The notes under the pieces are model-generated. The model was not told the origin of the DNA. It did no database searches and saw only the letters and a program-made list of their open reading frames with translations. A stretch of DNA of 64,000 bases from Macrostomum hystrix (lineage: Eukaryota > Animalia > Platyhelminthes), in NCBI GenBank assembly GCA_950097015.1, contig CATNEN010000038.1, positions 4,216,001 through 4,280,000 of the forward strand. The letters run 5' to 3'. The position numbers and the translations under genes are program-made. Below, piece by piece: positions 18,285 through 31,135 of the stretch; position 1 is the first letter of the stretch; every line of letters begins with the position of its first letter.

Positions 18285-21051
18285 AAGCGCTACACATTCT
18301 ATTTGGCTTCAGCCGATATATAAGTAGCACATGCAGAGCCAAACGCGATTACATAATATGGTAGCATGAGAGAGAGAGAGAACGCTATAGCATGCAGTAC
18401 ATCTAGACTGGCAAAATATTCTTTTTGCATCAAGCAGAAATCAAAAGGAATAGAATCGTTAATTATAGTTTTCACGCACAAAACGCAGAGCATAAAACAA
18501 CTCAAAAAATCATTAGCATTTCAAATCAAATCAAAATCAAATCATGAAAAACAAGTTTTAGCAAAAGCGACCGCAAATAATATTAACAAATGCTCGCAAA
18601 AGAGGCAAAATCTAACATAAAACGTACTGCAATTATAATAGTCTTTAAACAGCCAATAAACAGTCACTAAACAGTCCATCACAATCATATTCAGTTATCA
18701 GATCGGTAGCGGGCAGGCAACACGCCCTTTGTGGTCCTGTCGGACCGCCGCGGAAGCTCGCCAGTCTTAGCAGGTGCTCGATCTGCTGCCGTTGCTTCTG
18801 GACTGGTTGTGCCCTCTTGTCTCGCTGCGACGACGTCCTCGCCTCTGGAGTGGCTTGCTGCGGAACCAGGTGAAGGTCCCGACGGTTCCGAACGAGCTCA
18901 CGGCCGTGTTGCGTCTGCACCTGGTAGGAGCACAGAGCCGGATCAGCTTCCACGACGACTGCTGGCTCCCATTTGAAATCTTGACGGTAGCGGACAGCAT
19001 CACCGACGTGCAGTTCTGGTAGAGGTCGGCTATGCTGTTTGTAGTAAGGCTGTTGAACTGCCTGCAGCGGAGCCTTGGAGAACTCGGTTGTCCTGTTCTG
19101 GAGCAATGCTCTGCTGTCTGCTGGCAGCTTCGTCCGAATCAGCCGACCGAACATTAGCTCACTCGGACTAGTGTTGGTTCCACTGATCGGTGACGCCCGA
19201 TATTCCATCAGCGCTACCTCCGGCTGGTCCGATTTCCGCAGAATGCTCTTTGCCACTTTGACTGCCTTCTCAGCCATTCCATTAGACTGCGCATAACCTG
19301 GAGACGATCGCGTGTGTCGGAAACCGAACTCAGCAGCAAACTGAAAACTGAAACTGAACTCAGCAGCAAACTGAAAACTGAAACCGAACTCAGCAGCAAA
19401 CTGAAAACTGAAACCGAACTCAGCAGCAAACTGAAAACTGAAACCGAACTCAGCAGCAAACTGAAAACTGAAACTGAACTCAGCAGGCGTGAACCAAATC
19501 TCGTTTGAAAATTATCTCCAGCGGCTTGTGATCAGTCGTGACTCGAACCACTGGTAGGCCATAGACGTCGACGTAGTCATGAAATTTTTTGCAAGCAATC
19601 ACGACAGCCAGCGTCTCCTTCTCAATCTGGGCATAATTTTTCTGCGTCGAAGTCAAAGCTGCGGAGTTATACGCGACAGGCTGTCCATTCTGTAGCAGCG
19701 CACTACCAACTCCAACAGATGAACTGTCGACTTGCACAGTAGGATCAAACAGCCCTAACACGGGTGCTTGCGTCAATACTTCTTTCAGCTTCTCAAAAGC
19801 TTTTTGCTGCCTTTCCTACCAGTCGAACAGCACACCTTTCTTTAAAAGCGAGCGAAGTGGATCCGTCAGGTCTGACGCTTTCGGAATGAATTTGCCGAGG
19901 TAGGTGGCCATGCACAGCAGCCGCATCACCGCCTGCTTGTCCTCGGGCACTGGAAGCTCCTGGATTGCTTTCACCTTAACAGGGTCTGGCATCACTCCAT
20001 CAGAAGAGATCACATGCATGACCGACATAGTTGACAGACGAGACGCCAACCCTCAACTTCCTGCGATTAAGCTTCAAATTCACTCTTCGAGCCTCGTTGA
20101 GGACCTTCAATAGTGGTCGTGCTCCTCGCGCGTCTTCCCCAGACCAGCATGTCGTCAACAATGACCTCAGCCCAGCTGCTGAAGATCTTGCTAAGCTCAC
20201 GTTGATAAGCTTCGGGAGCATCGATTGTTCCAGGGGGCAGTCGCACAAACTTGTACCTGCCCCATGGGGTGTTGAAGGTACACAGTTCCGAGCATTTTTC
20301 ATGGAGTCTGATTTGCCAAAATTAAGCCAGTCTTTGCATCTAGAACCGTGAAAAACTTGGCTCCTGGGATTCGCGCTATAACTTGCTCCACCGTCGTCAT
20401 TGGGTAGTGAGCGCGCTTAATGGCCTTGTTAAGATGCGTTGGATCTATGCAGAGCCGCAGACTACCATCGGGCTTGTGAACCGTGACCAGAGAATTAACC
20501 CAGTCAGTAGGCTCCGCAACTTTCACTATGACTCCAAGCGATTCCATACGCTGCAACTCCTCTTGAACCTTCTCTTGCAAGGCAAACGGGATCTTTCGAG
20601 GCGCGTTGACTACCGGCATGACACGATCATCCAGGGTGAAAGAATGCACGTACGGCAGGCAGCCTAACTTTTCATCGAATAGGTCAGCGAATTCCTTAAG
20701 TACAAAGTTCTCATCGATACATGGTTGCCGACGGTCAACCTCAACACGTCGGACAAGGTCCAATGCACTCAGCGCTGAAAGGCCCAGGATGCCCTGCTTC
20801 ACATCGGACACCATGAACTCCAGCTCAGATGACTTGTCCTGCACCTTCACCATCAGCCTGCACTTCTCAAGAAACGGAATGCGCGCTCCGCCAAAGGCAG
20901 TCAGAACTGTTCGAGTTACACAAGCGCTACACATTCTATTTGGCTTCAGCCGATATAAAAGTAGCACACGCAGAGCCAGACGCGATTACATAATATGGTA
21001 ACATGAGAGAGAGAGAGAGAACGCTATAGCATGTACACCTAGACTGGTGTA
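18285..21051 (-). mobile_element. Decayed Ty3/Gypsy LTR retrotransposon with internal deletions; LTR remnants at ~18285-18411 and ~20922-21051
   Basis: Frameshifted RT (WVNSLVTVHKPDGSLRLCIDP..LNKAI, FTVLDAKTG), RNase H (VDSSSVGVGSALLQ, YAQIEKETLA, TDHKPL), integrase C-terminus (QSNGMAEKAVK, SPSELMFGR), and ~125-bp direct repeats at both ends. Confidence 0.88.
19318..19486. repeat. 30-bp tandem repeat (~5.5 copies) derived from Gypsy integrase sequence
   Basis: Unit gaaaccgaactcagcagcaaactgaaaact; minus strand reads SFQFAAEFGF in frame with RHTRSSPGYAQSNG. Confidence 0.8.
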
Positions 21052-22034
21052 CAAACTTGTGCACAGACGCTATACTCATGACAGTTGGTAAGACTAATGC
21101 TAACTTAATTCATGGTTAATGCTAGTCTGTCAATATTAAAATAAATATGCGGGTAATCCTTATTTGGATGGTAATGGTAATGGCGCCACAAAAAAAGAAT
21201 GGTAAACCACAAAACATAGGTTAGCTTTCCGTTCTCAGGTACACGTATCATAGCTTTTGATGGTAGTTATCAATGGACTATTCTGGAATTCCTAATGCTA
21301 TAGATTGGTATATTTATTGTCATTGAATAAATACATGAAATGTGTAATTTTATTACACTATTTTACCTCCTATTTTGAACAAAGTCTTGTTCAAAAGAAA
21401 CAAACAAAACTTCAATTCAAACACTTTAAGAAATGTATAATATTCCCCATTTATTTTGTTGTCTAACGGGCAAAAGCAAGAGGTGCCTTGTTTATTGACG
21501 GAGGCGAAGCCGAGGTCAATGAGTGAGATACCGAGTGCTTTTATTGGCCCTAGACAACTAAATGAGTGGGGAATATTCATGTATCCCTAACTTGAAACGG
21601 GCAAACGGACGAGGTCAGAAAATTTATTGATTCGTTCGCTCGTTTAATTCAGTTTGTCTATGGTTGTGTTATAGTTCTGTGTTATAGTTAATTTATTTGC
21701 ATCGATGCAAATAGTGCAAATAAATTAAAAGCTTAAAAAGATAGACAACTGCCCGGGTCAAGTGGGGGATACATATCAGCGCTTGCGGAAATTCAGTTCA
21801 AACAAAGTCCCTTTCTATTGAAACAGAAGAAATTCAATTCAGACTGTCTATGGCCAAATTACCAAGCATTAATTAATGGCCATTGTAAAATGCGAATTAG
21901 TCTCTGACTTTTGGCCATAGACATCCATTTACTGCACGCTTTTTTATTTTCATCGGAAAAATCGAAGGACTGCCATAGACATACGAGTATATGTAAGACC
22001 TGAGCGCAGTTAGAAGACGACTTCCAGCGATACC

Positions 22035-23514
22035 ATGGCTTCGTCAGCTAAGCGTATTTATTACGTTGACTATAAGAAACTGCCTGAAGAAGCCATATCT
22101 GGAATGTCATCTTCACATATTGATATTATCCTACAACAGCAAACCGAAGAGCGCTTTGCTGAAAAACAAATCGAGCAACCTGCAAATGTGGACGACCACT
22201 TTGTGCTGCCGGACGATGTTGCAACTGTGGACGAGTTTGTGCTGCCGGATGATATTGACATTGACGGCATGTTCGACAGTTTGCCGAGCGTTGAAGATCT
22301 AGAGAAATCGATAGACGAGCTAGAAGAGAGTGTGACGAGTGCCGGTACCAGACGTCAGACTGATACATACGTGAAAAAGCTGGTGGACTTCATAGCTTCG
22401 ACACCGTCGTTGAATATTGACTTGATGACGGCTGAGCCGGAGAAGGTCAATCGTGTCCTCCGATTATTCTATGGCACGGCACGTAAGACTGACGGCGGAT
22501 ATTATTCGCCAGCATCGCTAATCTGCATCGTGCAGCTAATGTCCGCTACATGATGCGAGCCAGGCAGCTAAACATCATTGAGGGCGATGCTTTCTATTCT
22601 GCAAACGCGACATTGAAGGCAATGGCGAGGAAGTTTATTTCCGATGGCGGTCGCGCGAAGCATTTCCAAGCTATTGAAGTGGAAGACATGGAGAAGTTAT
22701 CTCGATACTTTGTCAGACAGTCTCCGACGGCTTTGCTGCACGAGATTTAATACAGCCTGATTTACTACTTCGGAAATCGCGGTAGAGAATGGCTAAGAGG
22801 TCTGAAGGAAGACAGCTTCGTTTTCGAGACGATGTCTGATGGGAAGCGTGCAGTGCGCCTGTTGGCTGGTTAAGTGAAGAATGTAGGCAACACACTCGGT
22901 CGGGACGCATGTGACGATGTAAAGGAGTCGCTGATGATCGAGACTGCTGAAAGTGTCCTGTACAAGCTCTCTTGATGTATCTAGAGAAATTGCGCGAGTC
23001 GTTGCCATCCACCTCAACCTCAACGAGTACTGCACCGTTTTTTCTGAAACCCAAAACAACCAGGTGGAAGAACTCTAACTGGTATTTCGCGTCACAAGCG
23101 ATTGGTGTTAATACCCTAGCAACCATGATGTCCAAATTGTCTGAGGCTGCCGGTTTGAGCAAGCGTTACACGGCCCATTGCATACGCCCTACCGTCATCA
23201 AGGAGTTGTCTGGTGCTGGGATGTCAACGAATGCTGACATCTGTAAAGTGACTGGCCACAAGCAAGTGAAGACAGTAGAACGATATCTGCAATTCGGAAG
23301 CAGACGAACGTCCGAGATGCGGGCTATGTGCAACTCATTGCACTCATCGCTTCATGAAGCCAATGCTTCGAACGGCCCCGATCGATTGAAGATGTGTCAG
23401 CCAGCGGAGCACGATGTTTCGAACAGTGGTAGTTCGACCGAGCCTCGGCATGTTATCTTCAATCTCAACTTTAATGGAAACGTGAGTGGGTGCACCTTTA
23501 ATTTAACGAAATGA
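22035..23514 (+). pseudogene. Crypton-like tyrosine recombinase (DUF3504/KCTD1-like), disrupted
   Basis: RKTDGGYYSPASL, YYFGNRGRE (catalytic R), CPV, IGVNTLATMM, HCIR (HxxR), VTGHK, VERY (Y); frameshifts near 22530 and 22950 and in-frame stops at 22748 and 22871. Confidence 0.82.
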
Positions 23515-23960
23515 TTGCAGCTGCACAATAGCAAATGATTTGACACCAATAAGATCTTAAAATTACGAGCTATTTCGATACTGACGAAAGTACAAGTAAT
23601 TAATGTGTTATATCGTTGTCCTGTTGAATTTTTTATGTATGATTGACACTAAGTTTTGAGTGCTGATAACGTCTTGGCTCGAGTGCGCGCGAAAGACCTA
23701 ATTCTGCCCGACGGTTTTAAGAGTCAAGAAAGCACGTCTGGTAATTTTTCATGTTAGATAAGAAAGCTCGACAAAAGTCGCTTTTAAATTCTCGTAAGTG
23801 CGCCGCAGTTAGGCATAACAAAAGCATACGTGAAGCACCGACAACTGCATGCAGATAAGCAAACTATATTAAGTTAACTGTGATTACTATAAAACAAAAA
23901 GTAAATTAGTGAAGCAGCTATTTCAGTTCAAATCGTAATCGACCTGCGTATGGTTTTGGC

Positions 23961-25121
23961 ATGTGTCGGATACTAAGAAAATATGCCGTGTTAACTGCAG
24001 CAGTCACTAATGCAGTCATACTGGTCATAATTATAACCATCAGCATTCAATCATCGCAAAATAAACCGATTCGGCGAAGTATGCAAAAACTATTGAGACT
24101 CCGCTATTCATCAGACCTGGATGATCTGCTGTCGGTGCAGGCAGCCTCGATTCCCATATCAGCCACAATCTGTCCCGGCTACTGGGAGCTCAGGGGCATC
24201 AACTTTCAACACCCGGCTCTCGCGGAGCTGCTGTGCAATAACCAGGTCGCCTACAGCATGACGGCAAATAAGTATCCGCCCTGTGAGATCAGCGAAAGCC
24301 TGCCGCCTCAGCTCCTGAGCAAGCTCAATCAAACGGCCGTCCGAACTTTCCTTAGGAGTTCCTTGACAGGGAGTTCAATCCCGATCTACACCTACCCGAT
24401 CGGAGACCTCGTGTCGCAGATCGTGATTCGGACGCACAACTGGGAGAAGGAGCAAGTGGCTTTCACTCTGTCGATAGCCAAGAAGTTCCCCGCCGGATCT
24501 GTCACCTTCATGGACATCGGCTGCAACATCGGTGTCTACACGTTGCAGGCGCGAGAGGCCAATATTTTCACTGTGGCTGTGGACGCCAACCTAAGGAACC
24601 TAATGAGGATTCGAATGTCCGCAAATGACATGCATGGCTGGCTCTCGGACTCAAAACTGAAGCTGATTTGGATGTACTTCCATAGAACCGTGTCATTGCA
24701 GTACCTAAATTTTGATGGCACAAAGTGCAATGTTGGCGGAGCTAAGTCCAGCAAGGATGTCATAACTGACACGATCCCCGTGATGACCGGCCAGGCCGAC
24801 GACCTCCTGAGCAGCGTCGCTACGGACCTGGTTGTCATGAAGATTGACATCGAGACTAGCGAGCACATCTTCTTCTCCACTGGCGAGCGGCTTTTCAATG
24901 AGAGAAAGATCGTGGCAGTCCAGATGGAGTTCTTCCGACCCAACGCCACAATGCCCACCTCCATGTCGCCCTCCTTCAACAAGATTGTCCACTTCTTCAC
25001 CGAGCGACGCTACACCCTGTTTCGAATCGGCAGCTTAACGCAGCCGGTAAATCTGAAGGTGGCCACGCGAATTTGGGACGGCATCTGGGTCAGGAATGAC
25101 TATTTGAAGCAATTACTGTAA
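23961..25121 (+). CDS. FkbM-family (Methyltransf_21-like) SAM-dependent methyltransferase with N-terminal signal anchor, intronless, 386 aa
   Basis: FMDIGCNIGVYTL (SAM-binding motif I), VVMKIDIETSE (FkbM KIDVEGxE-like motif), hydrophobic residues ~10-30. Confidence 0.82.
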   Translation: MCRILRKYAVLTAAVTNAVILVIIITISIQSSQNKPIRRSMQKLLRLRYSSDLDDLLSVQAASIPISATICPGYWELRGINFQHPALAELLCNNQVAYSMTANKYPPCEISESLPPQLLSKLNQTAVRTFLRSSLTGSSIPIYTYPIGDLVSQIVIRTHNWEKEQVAFTLSIAKKFPAGSVTFMDIGCNIGVYTLQAREANIFTVAVDANLRNLMRIRMSANDMHGWLSDSKLKLIWMYFHRTVSLQYLNFDGTKCNVGGAKSSKDVITDTIPVMTGQADDLLSSVATDLVVMKIDIETSEHIFFSTGERLFNERKIVAVQMEFFRPNATMPTSMSPSFNKIVHFFTERRYTLFRIGSLTQPVNLKVATRIWDGIWVRNDYLKQLL

Positions 25122-25559
25122 TTTACTGAGTTAATGTAGGCATTGCACACGAGACTATATGGTAGCCGAACTTCAACCTGTACTTGCATCGTTGGGGCCT
25201 GGTGACTAGGAATAAATACGAGTACTAATCCTATAAGTACGTAGACTGTCTCTATCTGGACACCCTGTGCATAAGTTCTTTCTCTTGCCGAACCGTCCAC
25301 TCCCTGTGAACACATCGCATAGGTGTGATTACTATGCAATGAACCTTCTCCAGCCAGTTATTTTAGTTTTCCCGTGATGCAAACAGTCCTATTAAGTGTT
25401 TTCAGAATCACTGTACGAGCGTAGCAAGCTTATTGTATCTTGTTAGTTATCTTTTTTACATTTATTTTGTTCTTCAGTAATCGTTTTAATATAGAAGAGA
25501 ATGACAGTTTTGTAATTTATGTTGTTCAGGACAGTTAGTTATACTTATTACTTATGATG

Positions 25560-25770
25560 TGCTGTAGCCTGCTGAGCAGCCTCCGGGCAATCTGAGGAGT
25601 CAGCGCTGCCATGGTTCGGAAGAAGACTGGCAGAATATCGCTCAAATGCTCCTACTATGAGTAGAGCACAGTCCGAAGAATACACGGGATGGCGTTTGCA
25701 TCGTGGTAGTTCACTTCGTGTACCCTAGTCATGCACCTAGGCTAGTTGAAGTTGAAGTTGAAGTTTGAAA
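25560..25770 (+). mobile_element. Possible 3' end of a non-LTR element or SINE with a (gttgaa)n tail
   Basis: GC-richer island ending in gttgaagttgaagttgaagtttgaa. Confidence 0.35.
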
Positions 25771-26087
25771 CTTGACGCTTTAGCTTGAGCTAGCTATCTG
25801 CGTTAAACTCTCCTTGAGTTTAGTCCGAGTGACGAAATCACGCTATTTTTTGGCTACGTCTGAGATTCCTTAAGACTTAGAAAATTCCCAGTCCCTGAAC
25901 AAATTTTTACGAGAAAAATTAGCAATCCCAAGCCTGACTACCCGGTTGCTCCACTGCTAGGAAGCATCAGTGTTGAGGCCGGTCTTAGCCTTAGAGTCTG
26001 TTTTTGTCATTTTACCAATTGTGTGTGCTACGCTACCACAGATACAACACTTACTTACTCCTCCGGCGCGCCTTTTAAGGGTGCTAC

Positions 26088-26458
26088 TTTGGGGGCGTCA
26101 CTACTACATGGGGGCGCCACAACAACATGTGGGCGCCACTACCATATGGGCGCGCCACTACCACTACTACATGTGGGCGCCACTACCACATGGGGGCGCC
26201 ACAACAACATGAGCGCGCCACTACCACATGGGGGCGCCACAACAACATGAGCGCGCCACTACCACATGGGGGCGCCACAACAACATGAGCATGAGCGCGC
26301 CACTACCACATGGGGGCGCCACAACAACATGGGGGCGCCACTACCACATGGGGGCGCCACAACAACATGGGGGCGCCACTACCATATGGGGGCGCCACAA
26401 CAACATGGGGGCGCCACTACCATATGGGCGCGCCACTACAACATGGGGGCGCCACATG
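26088..26458. repeat. Minisatellite, ~20-bp unit (ggggcgccacaacaacatg / ggggcgccactaccacatg)
   Basis: Tandem variant copies. Confidence 0.88.
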
Positions 26459-26742
26459 GTTTCGTCAGCCGATTAGGGGGAGCCACGGCCTCCCTTGCCC
26501 CAGCGCCCAAAATTCGTTTTTCTTCTAAATATTGCATACGGTTTGTCTGTTTATGTCAGTAGGTAAATTCCTTATCACTTTGAACATAGCTCTTCCTGCC
26601 ATAGACAATGAGGGAATATGAGTTCATCTCAGAGGTTATAAAAATCATCGATGCAAAGACTAAGATACAAAAATCAAACGTGCAGAGGATTAGAAAACTA
26701 TTTCTACCCATCGTTGTTGAGATTTTATCCATATAGTCAGCC

Positions 26743-29260
26743 ATGTCCTTCTGGCTAGAACCGGAACTGCAGCGATATTTTGAAATCAACGGCTCTGGAG
26801 TGCCTCCGCCGCTGCGACAGGCTGAGCAGCCGCAGCCACATCTGCAGCCGCCGTCATCGCTCTCACAATTGTCTCCATCTAACCCGAAACGGTCTCCAGC
26901 GAATGCGGCGGATTTGAAAGCGTCTGTTACCGCTGCGTTGGCTGAGGATCCGGCTCTGGCGTTTCTGCTTCGCCTGGACAATGTGCTGGGCTGTCGGGAT
27001 GGAGTCATCAGATGCTTGGCCACGGTCAAGCGGAATGTACACCACCAGGAGCTGCAGTACATTCAGCGGTTCAAGCAGATTGCAGAGCCAGCGATTCGAC
27101 ATCGGATGACTAATGAGAAGGTATCTAGGGACCTACCTTGCACTACCCATGTGACCTACCACACTACTCATGTGACCTACCACACTACCCATGTGACCTA
27201 CCACACTACCCATGTGACCTACCACACTACCCATGTGACCTACCACACTACCAATGTGACACCACACTATCCATGTGACACCACACTACCCATGTGACAC
27301 CACACTACCCATGTGACCTACCACACTACCCATGTGACCTGCCACTGCATGTCCAGATGCTGATGTTCCTGGATCCTAGAACCCTGCGCTGCGGCCAGCA
27401 GGTGCTGCTAAAAGTGCACAGTCGATCCCATCCAGCCGAGCCGCTGCAGCTGCTTCGCGAGTTGTCCATTCTCAAATCTGCCCAGGATCCGCCAGCATTC
27501 CCGAAGGCCTACCTGTTTGGTTGCCTAGGCAACGAAAGCTGGAGAGTGAGTTCGGAGGATAAAACTGACTCCAGGCAAATCGTGATGCACCGGCAGCACT
27601 TCCTGCTCTGCCAGCACGTGGAGGACTCGCTTCAGCGGCTCATTGGTGAGTATTTGATAACAAATGAGTATAATTTGCTTCATATACTACTTCAAACAAT
27701 TCGAATCTGATAAGTAGTGGAAGGTGCATATTAAAACTAGAGCTTGAATTTGGTTGTAAATATTATATTCTAAGTACAATCAATTTTTGCTTTTCTTTAC
27801 ATTTGACAATCACGAGTTATTTGGCTCTATGCTTTTGAAAGGCCCTCCGTGTGAACTCTTTGGATTCGAAGTTACAAAACCGAGTCAATTTCCCATCTTC
27901 CGTGTCACAATTAGCAGACGTCTTTTAAAGAAAAGTACATTATTAACTGGCTTTTCTTCACTTAAAAGGACGGACTTATTGAACGGTTATGAGTTAAAAG
28001 AAGTTCGCAAAGTTAATTTCGTCTCATTATGCTCAGGAAGGATTGGGGCTAAAGAAAATTGACGAGGAGCTTCCTCAGCATAATTACACGGTACTTTTTA
28101 GGCCTTTAAAGACTGGGACAAATTAGTGACACATTGCGATACTTCGTATTAATAATGAATTTCCAAGAAACCCGCCCGTCTATCAGGGTGCACGTCACAT
28201 TGTCACTGATATCGTGACAATTGCTCTCTGAATCTCGATGCCAATTATTTGCTGAATGATTTCTGTGATTAGTATCGAAAAATACCTGAAATTGACTTCC
28301 AATTTCAACAAAGATTTCTATACTGACAGCCAGTTTTTTACAGAACCATAGTCGCAAATTACTTATTGTAATATTCAAACTTCTTACTGATATTTAATCA
28401 ACTGTACGATTGATTAAATATTCTTAGTGTTTGCAGATTGAAACAGATGTGATTTTTTTATTAAACAGTCTTAATTAAGCAATATTTTATTTACACTTAG
28501 CATAACCAACTGTTTTTGGCGGAAATTCTGATTAAAAAAGAGTTTGTATTATTGCGCGTATTTGCGGTGAGAAAGGTTAGCATGAACTTGCGCATTGTGA
28601 AGAACTCACACAGTTGAATATCGCTTGCTTCTAGACAACAACCGTGCAGACGGCCTCTGTTTGGACAGTCAGCTGGCGATTCGCATGTGCCGCGAGATGC
28701 TCACCCGGCTTGGCCAGCTGCACAGCACCGGCTGGTGCCACGGCTGCCTGCAGCCGTCCAGCTTTCTCCTACCAGGCGGCGACGAACTCCTGCTGGGCGA
28801 TTTGGCTTCAGTAGAGCCGCTGGCGCGCCAGTGCTTGACTTACCGCGGCGATCGGGAACGCAGCCCAGTCTACGCTTCTGTTAGGTACTCGAACAGCTCC
28901 AAGCTGGAGGCCGCCTACGCTGATCTGGAGAGTCTGGTGTACATTGTCTGCAGTCTGACCTCACCGAAGCCCCTGCCCTGGGAGTCCACGGCCGCTGAAG
29001 TCGATCCTGCAGCTGCAGCATCGTCTATCAAACTGGCCTTCTGGCAGTTTATCGAAGCGGAATCCGAGAAAGTCAAAGAGGAACTGTGGGAAGATTTTCG
29101 ACTGGGTGAACTGTTCAACTGCAAAAGCAGCTCGAATGCTGTTGAACTGCCAGCGTATCGACTGGCATCCAGCATTGTGCGCATGTACAACACCAATACC
29201 GAGAGTGCCAATGGCAGCCATGAGCCTAATTGTGCGGCCCTGCAGGAAACTTTGCGGTGA
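26743..29260 (+). CDS. CK1/VRK/TTBK-superfamily kinase-fold protein, probable pseudokinase, ~430 aa. Exons 26743-27120, 27357-27645, 28635-29260
   Basis: Phase-compatible GT-AG exons; VLLKV (beta3 Lys), LLRELSIL (alphaC), LGQLHSTGWCHGCLQPSSFLL, LLGDLAS, YAS, DLESLVY and LPW motifs of the CK1 group. Confidence 0.75.
27140..27342. repeat. Intronic minisatellite, ~21-bp unit (catgtgacctaccacactacc)
   Basis: Tandem copies in intron 1 of the kinase-like gene. Confidence 0.9.
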
Positions 29261-30524
29261 TGGACCCGATCGAGTGATTTTGTTTCACCACTTCAATTTT
29301 TGTCAATGACCTATCATTTATTTTTCAAATTTGAAAATTACATTCGAGTATCAGCGAAGATCTAACTATTGTCAAAAGCTGCTCGCCTATACCTTTCGAT
29401 GTTTTATTTTGTGCTGACCGTTTCTTACGTGGTCGATGGAGCCATTCCAAAGTTATTCCTCTGTATGATGAAATCAATACAAGTGAACTTTTTGGATTTG
29501 ATGTGAGATTTTGCTTTAACTCGTAGGTCTAGTTGAAGGAATTTGTTGGCTTATTTCTTTCAACAGCAGCAGCAAAAACACTAGTAAAGCTGGCGAGGAG
29601 GGGATAAGCTCACTGTGCCTTAGAGGTTGGCCCTGAAGGCTGTAGATTGCACGACCAGCCCCCACGCCTTCTCTACGCTGCTGCGCCCCGAATGATTGTG
29701 GCATCTTTGATATTTTGAAAATCATGCAGAAGGCTGCATAGATTCACCGCTTCATTCTTTTCAACTTTTCAATGTTCTGCACGAAAATTAGAAACGTAGC
29801 TGATCCGGCTCAAATCCGTGCCAATTTTCTATACTAATTGTGCCGTGTTTCCGTCAGGTCAGATATTGTGTGGGCGTTAGTTCAAGCTCCATGCAGATTG
29901 TATTCAGATGTCCAAGCTGTGTCCCTGTTTAGGTTGAGGCTGAATTGGAATTAGCTTTTGTCTAATTTTGTCTTCTTCTATTCCGGATTGGGTTTTCTTG
30001 CACTAAACTAGACTCTGATATAATCTGAATTCCGCGTAATCTTGATACTGAAAATAGTACAGTCTGGCCTTGATTATCTACTATAACAATATCAAATGGA
30101 CTAAGCAAAGAACATTATAATCTCCCGAGACACTGGACCCAATCCAATCAGGCTGCACTTAGGAGCAACAGACTGAACTTTTAGTGGATGAAAACTTAAT
30201 CATGCCCTTCTGGCTGCTGAAATTTGAGAATTCCCAGCCGCATTCCGTCGGAACTGTGTCCACTCCAATGCTGCATGGGTTTCCGCTTCTCTCTTTCGAA
30301 AGGCGACATTGGTCAGCACTTGACTGAAACACGAGAGTATCGTACACGGAAGTGTGTCTGCTGCACTCCCGTAGCTTAGTGGGGGGAGGCTTGTGAAGTC
30401 AATCTGTCACTGTCTAAATATTTCTGCCCGACTAAGTCTGTGTTTGGCAGCGCTGCGTCGTTTCGCTACCTGTTTCACGGCGCTGGTTTAGATGGACTAA
30501 GTTTGTAAGCGGCGAGCAGCAGAA

Positions 30525-31135
30525 ATTACCAACTTGATTTGCCCACTGGGGCGGCCGAATCAGCGAACTTCAGTAGAAAGTTTACTTGCGGGGAATTGAA
30601 TTGGCAGTTGGGGAGTGATAATGTGCCCACTGGGGAATAATGTGCCAACTGGGGGATAGTGTGCCAACTGGGTGATAATTTACCAACTGGGGAATAATGT
30701 ACCAACTGGGGAATAATGTGCCAACTGGGGGATAATGTGCCAACTGGGGCGGCCGAATCAGCGAACTTCAGCAGAAAGTTTACTTGCGGGGAATTGAATT
30801 GGCAGTTGGGGAGTGATAATGTGCCAACTGGGGAATAATGTGCCAACTGGGGGATAATGTGCCAACTGGGTGATAATTTACCAACTGGGGAATAATGTGC
30901 CAACTGGGGGATAATGTGCCAACTGGGGCGGCCGAATCAGCGAACTTCAGCAGAAAGTTTACTTGCGGGGAATTGAATTGGCAGTTGGGGAGTGATAATG
31001 TGCCAACTGGGGAATAATGTGCCAACTGGGGGATAATGTGCCAACTGGGTGATAATTTACCAACTGGGGAATAATGTGCCAACTGGGGGATAATGTGCCA
31101 ACTGGGGGATAATGTGCCAACTGGGTGATAATTTG
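30525..31135. repeat. Composite tandem repeat: ~180-200-bp unit x3 containing 20-bp subrepeats (ggggataatgtgccaactgg)
   Basis: ggggcggccgaatcagcgaacttcag recurs at ~30548, 30746 and 30925. Confidence 0.85.

Noticed and set aside
29500-30480. Possible decayed retroelement fragment
   Set aside because: No recognisable protein motif or terminus could be read by eye.
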